This document shows, piece after piece, positions 1-9,197 of a stretch of DNA of 24,963 nt (the first letter of the stretch is position 1; each line of letters begins with the position of its first letter). The position numbers were made by a program, and so were the translations under genes. The notes beneath the pieces were generated by a model. It saw nothing but the letters and a program-made list of their open reading frames with translations, was not told the origin of the DNA and ran no database searches. The stretch lies in UHGV virus genome UHGV-0093507; one strand, written 5' to 3'. Source of the DNA: a virus.

Positions 1-1705
1 TGATGCCTTTCGCTGTCAATGAAGCTGTTGGCACACCAGTGATCTGATTCCAGGGATGTATATGATTGGATGGTGCCTTTCCGGCTGCTAGATCGTATGC
101 AGCTTTAACCGCTTTCGGTGTAGCGGCCAGCACTTCAGACGTGCTGTTAGTGGCACTACTGAGCTGAGTGATGCCTTTCGCTGTCAATGAAGCTGTTGGC
201 ACACCAGTGATCTGATTCCAGGGGTGTGTATGACTGGATGGTGCCTTTCCGGCTGCTAGATCGTATGCAGCTTTAACCGCTTTTGGAGTTGCAGCTAATG
301 TTTCAGAAGTGCTGTTGATGGCACTACTAAGTTGTACAATGCCGCTCTGAGTGAGGCTGGCTGCTGGTACGTCGGTAATCTGGCTCCAAGGGTGGTTATG
401 GCTGGCGTTGGCACACTCTGCAAAGCGAGCACTTAACCAGGAACTCAACCAACCGTCTCCCCACTGACTGCCATACACATCACCACCGGTGCTATAACGT
501 GCATCCCCTATCAGAAGCTCTTTTAATGAGGTAATACTTCTTTCCGTGAAAAGGAACACACGCTGGCCGTTGGCGAACACGGACAATACGCCGTCTCCTT
601 CCTGTTTAATTCCGGTATCGTGATCGCCCAGCGTCAGAGAGTTCCCCCCCAGTCTGTTGTTGGTATTGATGCCGAATGCAGAGGTCTGCGGCAGATTAAG
701 TTTACCTGTCATGGTGTCGCCATCTTTGGCAACTTTTTCTCCAATCAGGCGAGTCACTGTCGCGGAAAAGTTCGGATCATTACCAAGCGCGGCGGCCAGT
801 TCGTTCAGAGTGTTAAGTGCATCAGGTGACGAATCTACAAGTGCGGCAATCGCGGCCATAACGAAAGCCGTGCTTGCGATCTGGGTACTATTAGTCCCCT
901 GTGCCGCCGTTGGTGTTGTTGGCGTTCCGGTCAGTGCCGGGCTGTTTAATGGTGCTTTCTTGTTCGTTTCATCCATTACCGCCTTAACAGCTTTTGGTGT
1001 CGCTGCCAGTGTTTCAGACGTGCTGTTCGTGGCGCTACTGAGCTGAACAATCCCTTTTTGTGTAGTGGTGGCGTTCTGGGCGGTATATTTCTCGTTAGCC
1101 AGGTCATATGCAGCCTTAACCGCTTTCGGTGTTGCGGCCAGTGTTTCTGATTCACTGTTAATTGCACTGCTTAACTGAGTAAAACCTTTTACGGTCAGCG
1201 AGGCGTCCGGGTGACGTCGTGACTGTTCGTGCTCTGAGATTTTATCATCCACATATTTGCGGGTTGCCAGAACCACAGACGGGTCGATTTTCAGCGTGAT
1301 GGCTTCGGTGTTCGTGACAACCAGAATCATGCGGATAGTCTGGGTGCGTCCACTGCCTTCCTGCAACTGCGGTTTGTACGTTTCCGGGCAGTTTGCCACT
1401 GCAATAAGTACGCCTTCATCATCATAAAGACCAATCTCACGGATCCAGAATCCTCCCTCGTTTTCAGGGATGATTTGTTCCGCAATAATCTGGCTCTGAT
1501 TGTTAGGGTCAACACTCAGAAGATTCAGCGGTGCAATGCGTTTCTGGTTAATCAGTTTTGTTTGTGCAGGGTCTGGTGTTGGTAACACACCATTTGCATC
1601 ACCAACGGCCATTTGCGTCAGATTCAGCTTACTGCCGAGCATCGTCGCGTTAGCCAGTCGTGCCGCGCCCTGATTAGTCAGAATGGCGTAGTATTTCACT
1701 GTCAT
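1..1705 (-). CDS. H: Tail fibre protein (P2 gpH-like), N-terminal ~568 aa; the C-terminal receptor-binding end runs off the window start.
   Basis: ATG at 1705..1703 overlaps the gpI stop (ATGA). Hand translation gives N-terminus MTVKYYAILTNQGAARLANATMLGSKLN and, near position 1, ...HPWNQITGVPTASLTAKGI, typical fibre repeat motifs. The frame stays open to position 1 (no in-frame ORF end listed in the track). Confidence 0.8.
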   Translation of the reverse strand, partial: MTVKYYAILTNQGAARLANATMLGSKLNLTQMAVGDANGVLPTPDPAQTKLINQKRIAPLNLLSVDPNNQSQIIAEQIIPENEGGFWIREIGLYDDEGVLIAVANCPETYKPQLQEGSGRTQTIRMILVVTNTEAITLKIDPSVVLATRKYVDDKISEHEQSRRHPDASLTVKGFTQLSSAINSESETLAATPKAVKAAYDLANEKYTAQNATTTQKGIVQLSSATNSTSETLAATPKAVKAVMDETNKKAPLNSPALTGTPTTPTAAQGTNSTQIASTAFVMAAIAALVDSSPDALNTLNELAAALGNDPNFSATVTRLIGEKVAKDGDTMTGKLNLPQTSAFGINTNNRLGGNSLTLGDHDTGIKQEGDGVLSVFANGQRVFLFTERSITSLKELLIGDARYSTGGDVYGSQWGDGWLSSWLSARFAECANASHNHPWSQITDVPAASLTQSGIVQLSSAINSTSETLAATPKAVKAAYDLAAGKAPSSHTHPWNQITGVPTASLTAKGITQLSSATNSTSEVLAATPKAVKAAYDLAAGKAPSNHIHPWNQITGVPTASLTAKGI

Positions 1706-2310
1706 GCGTTTACTCTCAGATTATCAATTAAATGAATGGCCGGGGCAGGGAAATAATCCCCTTCGACAATAATGGACTCCGGGGTGTAGGGATAAACCGT
1801 CAGGGCATCGCCGTGATAGCATCCCGTACCAACGAAAATCTTTCCGTTCACACTCAGGCTGATCGCCAGCCCCGTCAGATGGCGACTTACTGGTTTTGCA
1901 TCCGCAATAAGGCGCTCAAGTTCCTGATACATTTCATCGGTGATGCCCTGATCAAGTACTCCGACAACAATGCGAAATGTTCCTGGCTCCTCGTTGAGTT
2001 GCCACCACTCCTTTACTTCAATCAGGTAGCCGAGAGGCTCCACGGCTCTTCGCAGTGCGCTGATGGTCCCTTTGTGTCGGTGTATCAGCCATGCATCACG
2101 AATCACCTGTCGCTTTGTCTCTTCCGGCCAGTTGCGATCCCAGCGGTCAACGGAAAACGCCCAGGCGAGATAAGGCAGCAGATGCACCGGGCAGGTGTCC
2201 GGCGACCACAGCGTGTTGAGGTCTACCGGAATGTCTGTAATGCGTGTTCCGACGGCTTCGGCACAACGCATGAAATTGCTGGCTGATGGTGGTAACAGTG
2301 AATTACTCAT
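1702..2310 (-). CDS. I: Baseplate assembly protein (P2 gpI-like)
   Basis: 213-aa track ORF; likely start is the ATG at 2310, 2 nt after the gpJ stop (2303-2305). Position between J and H matches P2 synteny. Confidence 0.75.
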   Translation of the reverse strand: MSNSLLPPSASNFMRCAEAVGTRITDIPVDLNTLWSPDTCPVHLLPYLAWAFSVDRWDRNWPEETKRQVIRDAWLIHRHKGTISALRRAVEPLGYLIEVKEWWQLNEEPGTFRIVVGVLDQGITDEMYQELERLIADAKPVSRHLTGLAISLSVNGKIFVGTGCYHGDALTVYPYTPESIIVEGDYFPAPAIHLIDNLRVNA

Positions 2311-3199
2311 TGCGCCCACCTTCGCTGATGGTGAATGACTCACAGCGCGCTGCCTGTATGTCGCTGATGGCCATATTCTGTGTGGGTTCGATTATCTCCA
2401 CGCGTTGCACACCGTGCACATGCAGTGCGGCAGCAATGGCGGACAACGCCACGTCCTGACCGATAAGCCCCTGTTCAGCCAGCCACTTCCTGAATGACGA
2501 TTCTGCCGCGGCCAGAATAGGTTCGGATTCCGGGCCGGGGTAAAAGTACAGCTTTGCATTCAGCCGCCATGTCACGATTCTGGCGCTCTGTACGGTCAGG
2601 CGGTCGGCCACCGGGCGGGTATCCTCTGCATTCAGAACAGCGCGAACGGTATTAAGCAACGCCTCCGTTGCTGTGCCGTCGCCCTCAGTGGACAGGATGG
2701 AAACCGTCACACAGGCCGGAGACGGGCTGATGGCCCGCGCATCACGCACCAGACCGCTGGCGCTGCGTGCAAAATACTCGTATGCACCTGACGGGCCAGC
2801 AACACTCAGGCCGTCGTACGCCCGCTGCGCCCGCAGTCTCAGCGAGGTGTCGCTCTCCATCACCGCGTCGGTGGTATCCGTTGCCGGAGTGATAACCAGG
2901 CGCTTTGTGTTCATATTGCCCGCGAGGTTGTCCAGGTTTGTCCCTGAGCCGTGGCTTAACATGCAGGCGCGTGCGCCCTCGTTAACCCGCTGGCGTAACA
3001 GCATTTCACGAAACGACATGGTTTGAGCGATAACGTTCAGGGGTTCCGATTCCAGCTCCAGCGCGGCGGAGACGGCTTCACGCTGTTCGGCAGGATAGGA
3101 CGCAATCATCATGGCCTTTGTGTCAGCCAGAATTGCCTCAAAATCAGGCTCCGCGATGATGGCGGGTTCCGGTAACTGGGAAAGGTCAACAGCAGGCAT
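2303..3199 (-). CDS. J: Baseplate protein (P2 gpJ-like)
   Basis: 298-aa ORF, size and position as P2 J (between W and I). Confidence 0.8.
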   Translation of the reverse strand: MPAVDLSQLPEPAIIAEPDFEAILADTKAMMIASYPAEQREAVSAALELESEPLNVIAQTMSFREMLLRQRVNEGARACMLSHGSGTNLDNLAGNMNTKRLVITPATDTTDAVMESDTSLRLRAQRAYDGLSVAGPSGAYEYFARSASGLVRDARAISPSPACVTVSILSTEGDGTATEALLNTVRAVLNAEDTRPVADRLTVQSARIVTWRLNAKLYFYPGPESEPILAAAESSFRKWLAEQGLIGQDVALSAIAAALHVHGVQRVEIIEPTQNMAISDIQAARCESFTISEGGRNE

Positions 3200-3202
3200 G
3201 AT

Positions 3203-3553
3203 TTACTCTCTCAGCGTGATGGTTAATTCAACATTCTGCATGGTCTGCATGACAGTGCCCGACAGCGTCACCCCTGCGCGGCCTCCCGCTTTCCAGACAA
3301 CGTCGATGGCATCCAGGGCAATGCGGGGTTCCCATCGTGTCAGCGCAATCACGGCAGCACTCATGCATTGCAGACGCGTGGTGTTATTCATGGGTTCGTC
3401 AATCAAATCAGGCACAAGGCTGCCATATTCCCGTCGCATAACCCGGCTTGCCAGCGGGGTGATCAGGATGTCCCTGACTGACTGTTTCAGGTGCTCCATA
3501 TCGTTCAGGTTTCCCGTCCCGTCCGGGTTCATTCCTGTGTAGCGGGTTGTCAC
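3203..3553 (-). CDS. W: Baseplate wedge protein (P2 gpW / GPW-gp25 family)
   Basis: 116-aa ORF; start overlaps the gpV stop by 4 nt; size and position match P2 W. Confidence 0.8.
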   Translation of the reverse strand: MTTRYTGMNPDGTGNLNDMEHLKQSVRDILITPLASRVMRREYGSLVPDLIDEPMNNTTRLQCMSAAVIALTRWEPRIALDAIDVVWKAGGRAGVTLSGTVMQTMQNVELTITLRE

Positions 3554-4131
3554 TGCGGGCCTCCTGTCGAATCGCTGCCACCTTTAACGCCACCGTGTTT
3601 ATGCGTATGCACTGTGATGCCGTTTGAGGTGAAGTCGCCGCCGCTGTGCGTGATATTGCCGCTCATCTTTCCCCCTTTTGTGACGTCAATCTCGGCTGTT
3701 TTCAGAAGGTTTGTGCATTCCACGACGGGCGTATCCAGTTTCACGCTGACGGATGCCTGCAAAGTGGCCGTTTTCATGCCGCTGGCACTCAGTGCGCCTG
3801 CGTCCGCGTCGTAGCGGAACACCGCGCCATCCGGCGCGCTGACCACGATTTCTTTCAGGCTTTTGCCGGGTGCCGGATTGGCATCACTCCACAGGCTGCC
3901 AATTATCATGGCGGTTTCCGGGTTGCCGCCAATGCAGGCAATTACCACCTGTTCGCCGGGTGATGGCGGCAGCCACACATTGAAGGCTCCCGCGCGCGTG
4001 GTGTTCCAGCGCAACCAGCCTGTTTCCAGTTCGCCGCTGCGAACGCGCACGCACCAGGACTTCTCATCAACTTCAGAGATAATCCCGGTGCGGATGATGT
4101 TGCTCAGCAGTCGCATGAGTTCTGCGCTCAC
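3550..4131 (-). CDS. V: Baseplate spike/assembly protein (P2 gpV-like)
   Basis: 193-aa ORF with Gly-rich C-terminus (…HTHKHGGVKGGSDSTGGPQ); overlaps the gpS stop by 4 nt; synteny. Confidence 0.8.
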   Translation of the reverse strand: MSAELMRLLSNIIRTGIISEVDEKSWCVRVRSGELETGWLRWNTTRAGAFNVWLPPSPGEQVVIACIGGNPETAMIIGSLWSDANPAPGKSLKEIVVSAPDGAVFRYDADAGALSASGMKTATLQASVSVKLDTPVVECTNLLKTAEIDVTKGGKMSGNITHSGGDFTSNGITVHTHKHGGVKGGSDSTGGPQ

Positions 4132-4772
4132 CGTACAGCCTCCGCAATCCGGCCCAGCACCGTGTTATAAATCAGGCGTTCATCTGCCTGGCTGATACCC
4201 AGCAGCTCACGTACCGGGTAATCGGTGAAAATGCCCGGCGCAACCTGATCGCGCTCACCGAACTGATGAACGCGTGCAATACGTGCAGCCACGCCGCTGT
4301 AACCCACCGTCACACCGGAAGCATCTGCACGGGCTTTCAGGTAGCGGGCGGTGCGCAGTTTTACGAACATGGGGACGCGCTTTGTGCTGTCCTGGTTGAT
4401 GCGCCGGGTGCGTATTTCCAGAAAACGGTCGATGTCATCCCGGTAAAACGTGCGGATATTGTTTTTATCCTCATCCCACCCGGTAATGGTTCGCCCGTAT
4501 TTCCCCGTGTCGTGATGCCAGTTTTTCAGCGTGCGTGCTTCGTTATTCCAGATAAAGCGAATGCGCTCCTGTATCCGGGTTACGCGGCGTCTGCGTGGTG
4601 TCCATGCGGTCCCGTCCGGCGCTTTCTGTGACCGGATACGTGCCTGCTGGGCGCGACGTAAATCGTGTGCCAGCTTTCTGGCGATGTTATTGATGGCCTG
4701 CTGATTCAGGCTGTCGCGGATAGCCTCAAAGGTTTCATCCACGCGGGTGAATGCCTTATCCATCGCTTTCAC
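4128..4772 (-). CDS. S: Tail completion / virion morphogenesis protein (P2 gpS-like)
   Basis: 214-aa ORF directly downstream of R. Start may be an internal Met (4763), since the ORF overlaps the R 3' end. Confidence 0.7.
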   Translation of the reverse strand: MKAMDKAFTRVDETFEAIRDSLNQQAINNIARKLAHDLRRAQQARIRSQKAPDGTAWTPRRRRVTRIQERIRFIWNNEARTLKNWHHDTGKYGRTITGWDEDKNNIRTFYRDDIDRFLEIRTRRINQDSTKRVPMFVKLRTARYLKARADASGVTVGYSGVAARIARVHQFGERDQVAPGIFTDYPVRELLGISQADERLIYNTVLGRIAEAVR

Positions 4773-5223
4773 CCCACGTCACATCCTGGAATATATGCGA
4801 CCAGTCGCCTTCGGAAGATGGCAGACGGGGTTTTGGCTCCGGCAGGTGCTCTGCCTGCGGTGTCCCCTGACTGCTGCGCGTGATGCGAACGCGTTCCCGC
4901 AGGGGGAGCGTAAACAGGAGATCGGCGCTGTCATCGTCATTGATAACGACGGAGAATTTGATGTCCTGATTACGCTCCGGATTGAGCAACAACTGCGGCT
5001 GATTTTCGGATAACCACGCCAGCAGCGGCAGCGTGAGGTCGTCCAGTTCCCCGGCGTAATCCATGACAAACATCACCATCTGATAGCGGTAAACAAACGA
5101 GGGCGTTTCTCCGGTCGTTTCAATGTTGCCGCTCTCCACGAAAATGGTGAATTTTTCCGGGTTGGCCTGACACCATCGGCATGAACGGGTCATGGCTTCA
5201 CGCAGGGAATCAGTTTTCAGCAT
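4756..5223 (-). CDS. R: Tail completion protein (P2 gpR-like)
   Basis: 155-aa ORF, size and position as P2 R, immediately after the lysis cassette. Confidence 0.75.
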   Translation of the reverse strand: MLKTDSLREAMTRSCRWCQANPEKFTIFVESGNIETTGETPSFVYRYQMVMFVMDYAGELDDLTLPLLAWLSENQPQLLLNPERNQDIKFSVVINDDDSADLLFTLPLRERVRITRSSQGTPQAEHLPEPKPRLPSSEGDWSHIFQDVTWGESDG

Positions 5224-5500
5224 GGTTGTTGTCCTCGTTGTTCAGTCGTTGCAGCCTGCGCTGTTCCAGTAATTCAATGGCCCGTTTATCAGCGTTACAG
5301 GTTTCCAGTGCATCCAGAAGGCGGTCGCCCCATATACCGAGATTTCCCCATGTGGGAGTGTCAGGGAAGGGGGGAGGCGTTACCGGTATGGTCAGCGTCT
5401 GCGGTATAAGCCGGACTGACGGCGCTGGCCGTGGCGCGTTCTGCGTGCCTGCGCAACCTGTCAGTAAAACGAGCATCAGGCAAAGCGTGGGCGCATTCAT
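5210..5500 (-). CDS. o-spanin (Rz1/LysC-like outer-membrane lipoprotein), nested out of frame in the 3' part of the i-spanin gene
   Basis: ATG at 5500 gives MNAPTLCLMLVLLTGCAG…: signal peptide plus lipobox (LTGC) followed by a Pro-rich segment. Embedded in the i-spanin reading frame, as is typical of Rz/Rz1 pairs. Confidence 0.7.
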   Translation of the reverse strand: MNAPTLCLMLVLLTGCAGTQNAPRPAPSVRLIPQTLTIPVTPPPFPDTPTWGNLGIWGDRLLDALETCNADKRAIELLEQRRLQRLNNEDNNHAEN

Positions 5501-5768
5501 CTTTTGCAATATCGTTGCGTAGCTGTTCACGTCTGGCTTCTCCGTCCTGATTGCGTTGCTGATTTTCCACGCGGAGTTGCGCCAGCACCTGCTGCATATC
5601 CTGTACCCCGGCGCTGATGATATTCAGGGTGTCGGCGGTACTTTTCAGGGTGCTGGCCTGCGCTTCGTTTCTGGCGTTCTCCCGGCCCAGCGACCACGAC
5701 AGACGCATGGATGTTCCCCATCCGGCAATCAGAAGGAAAGCGACGCCAAGCGTGGGCCAGAGCTTCAT
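5361..5768 (-). CDS. i-spanin (Rz/LysB-like inner-membrane spanin)
   Basis: ATG at 5768 overlaps the endolysin stop (ATGA). N-terminal TM segment (MKLWPTLGVAFLLIAGWG) followed by a charged coiled-coil-like region. Confidence 0.7.
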   Translation of the reverse strand: MKLWPTLGVAFLLIAGWGTSMRLSWSLGRENARNEAQASTLKSTADTLNIISAGVQDMQQVLAQLRVENQQRNQDGEARREQLRNDIAKDECAHALPDARFTDRLRRHAERATASAVSPAYTADADHTGNASPLP

Positions 5769-6157
5769 GCCGGATAGGCTCCGTGTGGTAACTGAAAATG
5801 CGGTCCGTCTTTCAGGGTCTTCCAGTCGCCGCCCCATTCCACCGGAATATTCAGTTCCCGGCTGGCCTGTCTGAATGCTGCTGCGATTTTTTCGTACAGC
5901 GGCCATTCCCATGACACCTGGCTGCCGACATAAGCCACAACATCCACGGCATGCCCCGTAAGGTGGCGGCTGTTCATGGTCTGGCTCTTACCCGTGGCCA
6001 CCAGTTGCTTCTGGCGGTAACGGCTGCGCAACCCTTCGGTGATACCAAAATCCACTTCCGAGATTTCCAGTGCCCGTCGGGTCACTTTCACCAGATCAGG
6101 ATTTACGCCCTGCAAATTCTTTTCGCTCCGGCTGCTGAATTTAAATGTGTTGCTCAT
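5765..6157 (-). CDS. Endolysin, LAS/peptidase M15-type metallopeptidase (L-Ala-D-Glu endopeptidase-like), not a P2 K-type lysozyme
   Basis: 130-aa ORF with SRHLTGHAVDV metal-binding motif typical of M15 peptidases; sits between holin and spanins. Confidence 0.75.
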   Translation of the reverse strand: MSNTFKFSSRSEKNLQGVNPDLVKVTRRALEISEVDFGITEGLRSRYRQKQLVATGKSQTMNSRHLTGHAVDVVAYVGSQVSWEWPLYEKIAAAFRQASRELNIPVEWGGDWKTLKDGPHFQLPHGAYPA

Positions 6158-6477
6158 TCGTCCTTCTCCTTCACCCTGCGATTAAAGGCCGCAATAACCT
6201 TGTCGCGTGCTTTCTCTGCACCCATAAAACCGATTGATGCGCCGATAAACGTCACGGCATCTTCAGGAAACCCGAAGAAGCGCAACGACCCGGCCACGGC
6301 CATGGCAAGAACGCCGCACGCCAGCGATCCTGTTACGGTCTGAACCAGTGTTCGTCCGTCATAAAGACTCATCAGCGCGGAAATGCTGACTGCCGCGCCT
6401 ACTGCATACACCGTTGGCAGGTGGTCAAAGAGCCACGCAATAACCTGCTCTGTGATCCCTGTTTGAATGGTGCTCAC
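6154..6477 (-). CDS. Putative holin
   Basis: Putative GTG start at 6477, 3 nt after the gpX stop. About 107 aa, hydrophobic stretches (AVGAAVSISALM, GSLACGVLAMAVAGSL) and a charged C-terminus (RRVKEKDE). Lies directly upstream of the endolysin with 4-nt overlap. The start codon is uncertain. Confidence 0.55.
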   Translation of the reverse strand: MSTIQTGITEQVIAWLFDHLPTVYAVGAAVSISALMSLYDGRTLVQTVTGSLACGVLAMAVAGSLRFFGFPEDAVTFIGASIGFMGAEKARDKVIAAFNRRVKEKDE

Positions 6478-6479
6478 TG

Positions 6480-6686
6480 CTACTCCCCCCACAACTGAAT
6501 CATTTCTCGTTTCTTCTTCTCCGGCTCCGGCATCTCCACTTCCTGCCCGGCGTCCAGAAATACTTGCTGACAGAGTCCGGGGTTGGCATCCAGCACCTTT
6601 TCGGTGACGCCCTGCGTCGTGCCGTAGTACCGGAAACAGAGCGAATCCACGGTGTCGCCTTCCAGTGCCTTCACTTTCATCAGCAC
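6480..6686 (-). CDS. X: Tail protein X (P2 gpX-like)
   Basis: 68-aa ORF, size and position as P2 X between L and the lysis genes. Confidence 0.7.
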   Translation of the reverse strand: MLMKVKALEGDTVDSLCFRYYGTTQGVTEKVLDANPGLCQQVFLDAGQEVEMPEPEKKKREMIQLWGE

Positions 6687-7183
6687 AACTCCGCAAAAAT
6701 TCGCGGGCGGCGCAGAATGTCAGAGATGGCCCAGCTCACATCACGCCACAAATCCGATGTCTGTATATCCAGAGCGTCCGCCCGGCGGTCGCCCTTGTCC
6801 GTTGTGTCTGCATCACGATAACGCTCCAGAATCAGGGCGCGTGTGGCGGTATAAACAGCATTGCGCCAGTGCCAGAGATTGACGCTTTCTCCGTTAATTA
6901 CGGGTGCCGGAACATCGGCCAGCGTCTGATGGCCAGCCGCCTGCTGTTCCTGCTGCCATGCTTCCAGCTCGCGGGTAACGTGTGCCACAGCTCCGGTGGC
7001 GGTATGCAGCAGGCGGGAGGTGGTCACGCGCCCCGGCAGTCGTACCGCCAGACGCAGCTCGCGCAACACAATATCCGGCCAGAATGCACCCGCTGAAATG
7101 CGGGTATCGCCATCATCGGTATCGGTGATGTCGTCCTCTGCGGGTCTGGGTTCAGTTCTGGCAACCATACTCATGGGGTTCAC
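6680..7183 (-). CDS. L: Head completion/stabilisation protein (P2 gpL-like)
   Basis: 167-aa ORF downstream of M; synteny. Confidence 0.8.
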   Translation of the reverse strand: MNPMSMVARTEPRPAEDDITDTDDGDTRISAGAFWPDIVLRELRLAVRLPGRVTTSRLLHTATGAVAHVTRELEAWQQEQQAAGHQTLADVPAPVINGESVNLWHWRNAVYTATRALILERYRDADTTDKGDRRADALDIQTSDLWRDVSWAISDILRRPRIFAELC

Positions 7184-7276
7184 TCCTGAAAAAAATCGGG
7201 CGGTGGGTGCGCGGTGTAAGCGGTCACGGAGTCAAACCGGAACACCGCGCACGCCGCCCGCTGACGGGGTCAGTCG

Positions 7277-8077
7277 TTAACCGCGCTTCGCCTTCTGCGT
7301 CGCGGTGGTTTTTCGTGTTGTAGGCTTCCGCGTTGTCTTTTTACTTTTGCTGCTTTCGTCCTGCGCCTGCTGTGCGCTGGCGTCTTCTGGTTCGGCTGCG
7401 GAATCGGCTTTTTTCAGGGCGCGGGAAAGGGTTGCAATCTCGCGTTTCACACCTGCGTTCGGGTTCAGGTGCATCGCTTCGCGCAGCAGCTTCAGTGATA
7501 AGGCCATGTTGTCTGCATCGGTCAGACCACGACGAGCAAAGGCGCACGCCTTGCATAATTTGGCGCGCACTTCGTCCGGCATGTCCTGGTCGGTGACAAT
7601 CTCCCGGAGGGTATCCAGTGGTTCGATAAAGGCGGACAAATCCGCGTCGGCATCCGTCCCGGCCTGCGTCAGTACCGGGTTGCAGATTTCTTCGGTCAGC
7701 ACTGTGGCAGCCGTACGGCCAAAGTTATCCGGCATAATGAGGTTATGACGGACCACATACGCACCAATACGCAACGCCAGCGGAAGATCGCCGCAATCAA
7801 TCGCCCACACCATCAGCGTGGCAATCACTTCGTCCTGCTGCCCGCCGTCAGCCTCCAGCGTTCCCTCAATCCAGCCGGAAAAGTCCGGCAACAACTCTTT
7901 TTTGATGGCGGCTTTCGCGCTTCTGGCCTGTACGCCCTTAAGACGGGCCTGTGCCAGACGCAGACGATACAGCACCTCTTCATGCGCGGTACGCGCGGCA
8001 TGGTCCACGCCTTCATTCGCCCGGCCTGCGCGCTGTGCCATCACGTTCTGCCAGTGTTGCTGTGCAGGAGTAATCAT
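7277..8077 (-). CDS. M: Terminase small (endonuclease) subunit (P2 gpM-like)
   Basis: 266-aa ORF with a highly basic, low-complexity C-terminal tail (KKTTRKPTTRKTTATQKAKRG); position between N and L. Confidence 0.8.
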   Translation of the reverse strand: MITPAQQHWQNVMAQRAGRANEGVDHAARTAHEEVLYRLRLAQARLKGVQARSAKAAIKKELLPDFSGWIEGTLEADGGQQDEVIATLMVWAIDCGDLPLALRIGAYVVRHNLIMPDNFGRTAATVLTEEICNPVLTQAGTDADADLSAFIEPLDTLREIVTDQDMPDEVRAKLCKACAFARRGLTDADNMALSLKLLREAMHLNPNAGVKREIATLSRALKKADSAAEPEDASAQQAQDESSKSKKTTRKPTTRKTTATQKAKRG

Positions 8078-8122
8078 TTTTTCTCTCCGTTACAGGCGGG
8101 CATGATGCCCGCCGTGAGTTGA

Positions 8123-9175
8123 TTAGCTGTCGGCGAACTTCAGGCCAGTGACCATCGCGCACTTGCCATAGTCTTCAACGACATAAGCGTCATTGATGGA
8201 CTGGTAGGTGGCGATGCGGTTGTATTCCGGTTCGTCTTTCATCAGACGACGCATTGAACCTTTCTGCCAGTAAATCGACAGGTTGTTGAATGAGGTGATC
8301 AGCATCGTTGCATCCGGGAAGAACGGCGCAAGGAACACGCCCAGCCCGCCAATGGTGCGCGATGACAGGATGAGCTGCCCGGCAAGTAATTCCGCATTGG
8401 GATTCTGGCCGCTGATGCTGTTCAGCACGGGCAGACGCAGCGAGTTAAACAGGTTGCGCCCCATAATCACCACGAGGTCGTCAGCTTCCTTGTGCCATTC
8501 ATCCAGCAGGGATGAGCGCGCGTCCTGTACCAGTGCATCAGGGTTCGCATACTTACCCGCGTGCGCCACGGTGTTGTCCATGTTGCGGGAGGTCAGCGTC
8601 ACGTCATTCATTACGCGCTCGCTGGCGTCGGCTCTGATGTGCTCCAGCCATCCCACGTTAACGTCCTGAAGCAGTTTGTTAGTGCTGAAGTTGGACTCAT
8701 CTGCGTGAGACGTGCCGTTGAAACCGATCATGATGCGGTCAAGCGCCACCTGCCGGGCAATCTGTGCGCTGATGCGGGACTGAAAATCGCTGTGTGCCGA
8801 CCAGGCATCAAGCTGTGGATACGAAATAAACGTGTCGTAGTTCACCTGTTCGCACTGGTATTTGCGGTTTTTCAGATCAACCACGTTATTCGGGTTACGG
8901 CGTTTTGTGCCGTCATAACTGGTATTCGTGCGCGCAATCGGTCCTGTGGTATCCAGGAGGATTTTTTCGCCTTTCTGGTCGGTCACGCCGATCACGTTAA
9001 TTCTTTTCGTTAGTTCTGTGCTGTCCTTTGAGGCGTTTTCAAAACGCTGCTGCACCGCGGGTTCCACGGTAAATCGCGATACCAGTGCAGATACCGGGAT
9101 ATTGTTAAGCGACGCCTGCTGCGCCATATAGCAACCCAGCTTGTTGCGGGTAATATCTGACATCACCAGATTCAT
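8123..9175 (-). CDS. N: Major capsid protein (P2 gpN-like)
   Basis: 350-aa ORF, size and position as P2 N, directly downstream of scaffold O. Confidence 0.85.
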   Translation of the reverse strand: MNLVMSDITRNKLGCYMAQQASLNNIPVSALVSRFTVEPAVQQRFENASKDSTELTKRINVIGVTDQKGEKILLDTTGPIARTNTSYDGTKRRNPNNVVDLKNRKYQCEQVNYDTFISYPQLDAWSAHSDFQSRISAQIARQVALDRIMIGFNGTSHADESNFSTNKLLQDVNVGWLEHIRADASERVMNDVTLTSRNMDNTVAHAGKYANPDALVQDARSSLLDEWHKEADDLVVIMGRNLFNSLRLPVLNSISGQNPNAELLAGQLILSSRTIGGLGVFLAPFFPDATMLITSFNNLSIYWQKGSMRRLMKDEPEYNRIATYQSINDAYVVEDYGKCAMVTGLKFADS

Positions 9176-9197
9176 AAAAATTTGCTCCTTTGTCTTA

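Noticed and set aside
657-1046. Plus-strand 129-aa ORF and two short minus-strand ORFs (976-1167, 1327-1515) inside the tail fibre region
   Set aside because: They are out of frame or antisense to the long open tail fibre frame, which was verified by hand translation at both ends. They look like typical spurious ORFs in GC-rich coding DNA.
1732-4195. Several plus-strand ORFs (1732-2286, 2673-3026, 3111-3542, 3491-3814, 3646-3963, 3863-4195) overlapping the baseplate genes
   Set aside because: They are antisense to syntenic, translationally coupled P2 baseplate genes; no independent support.
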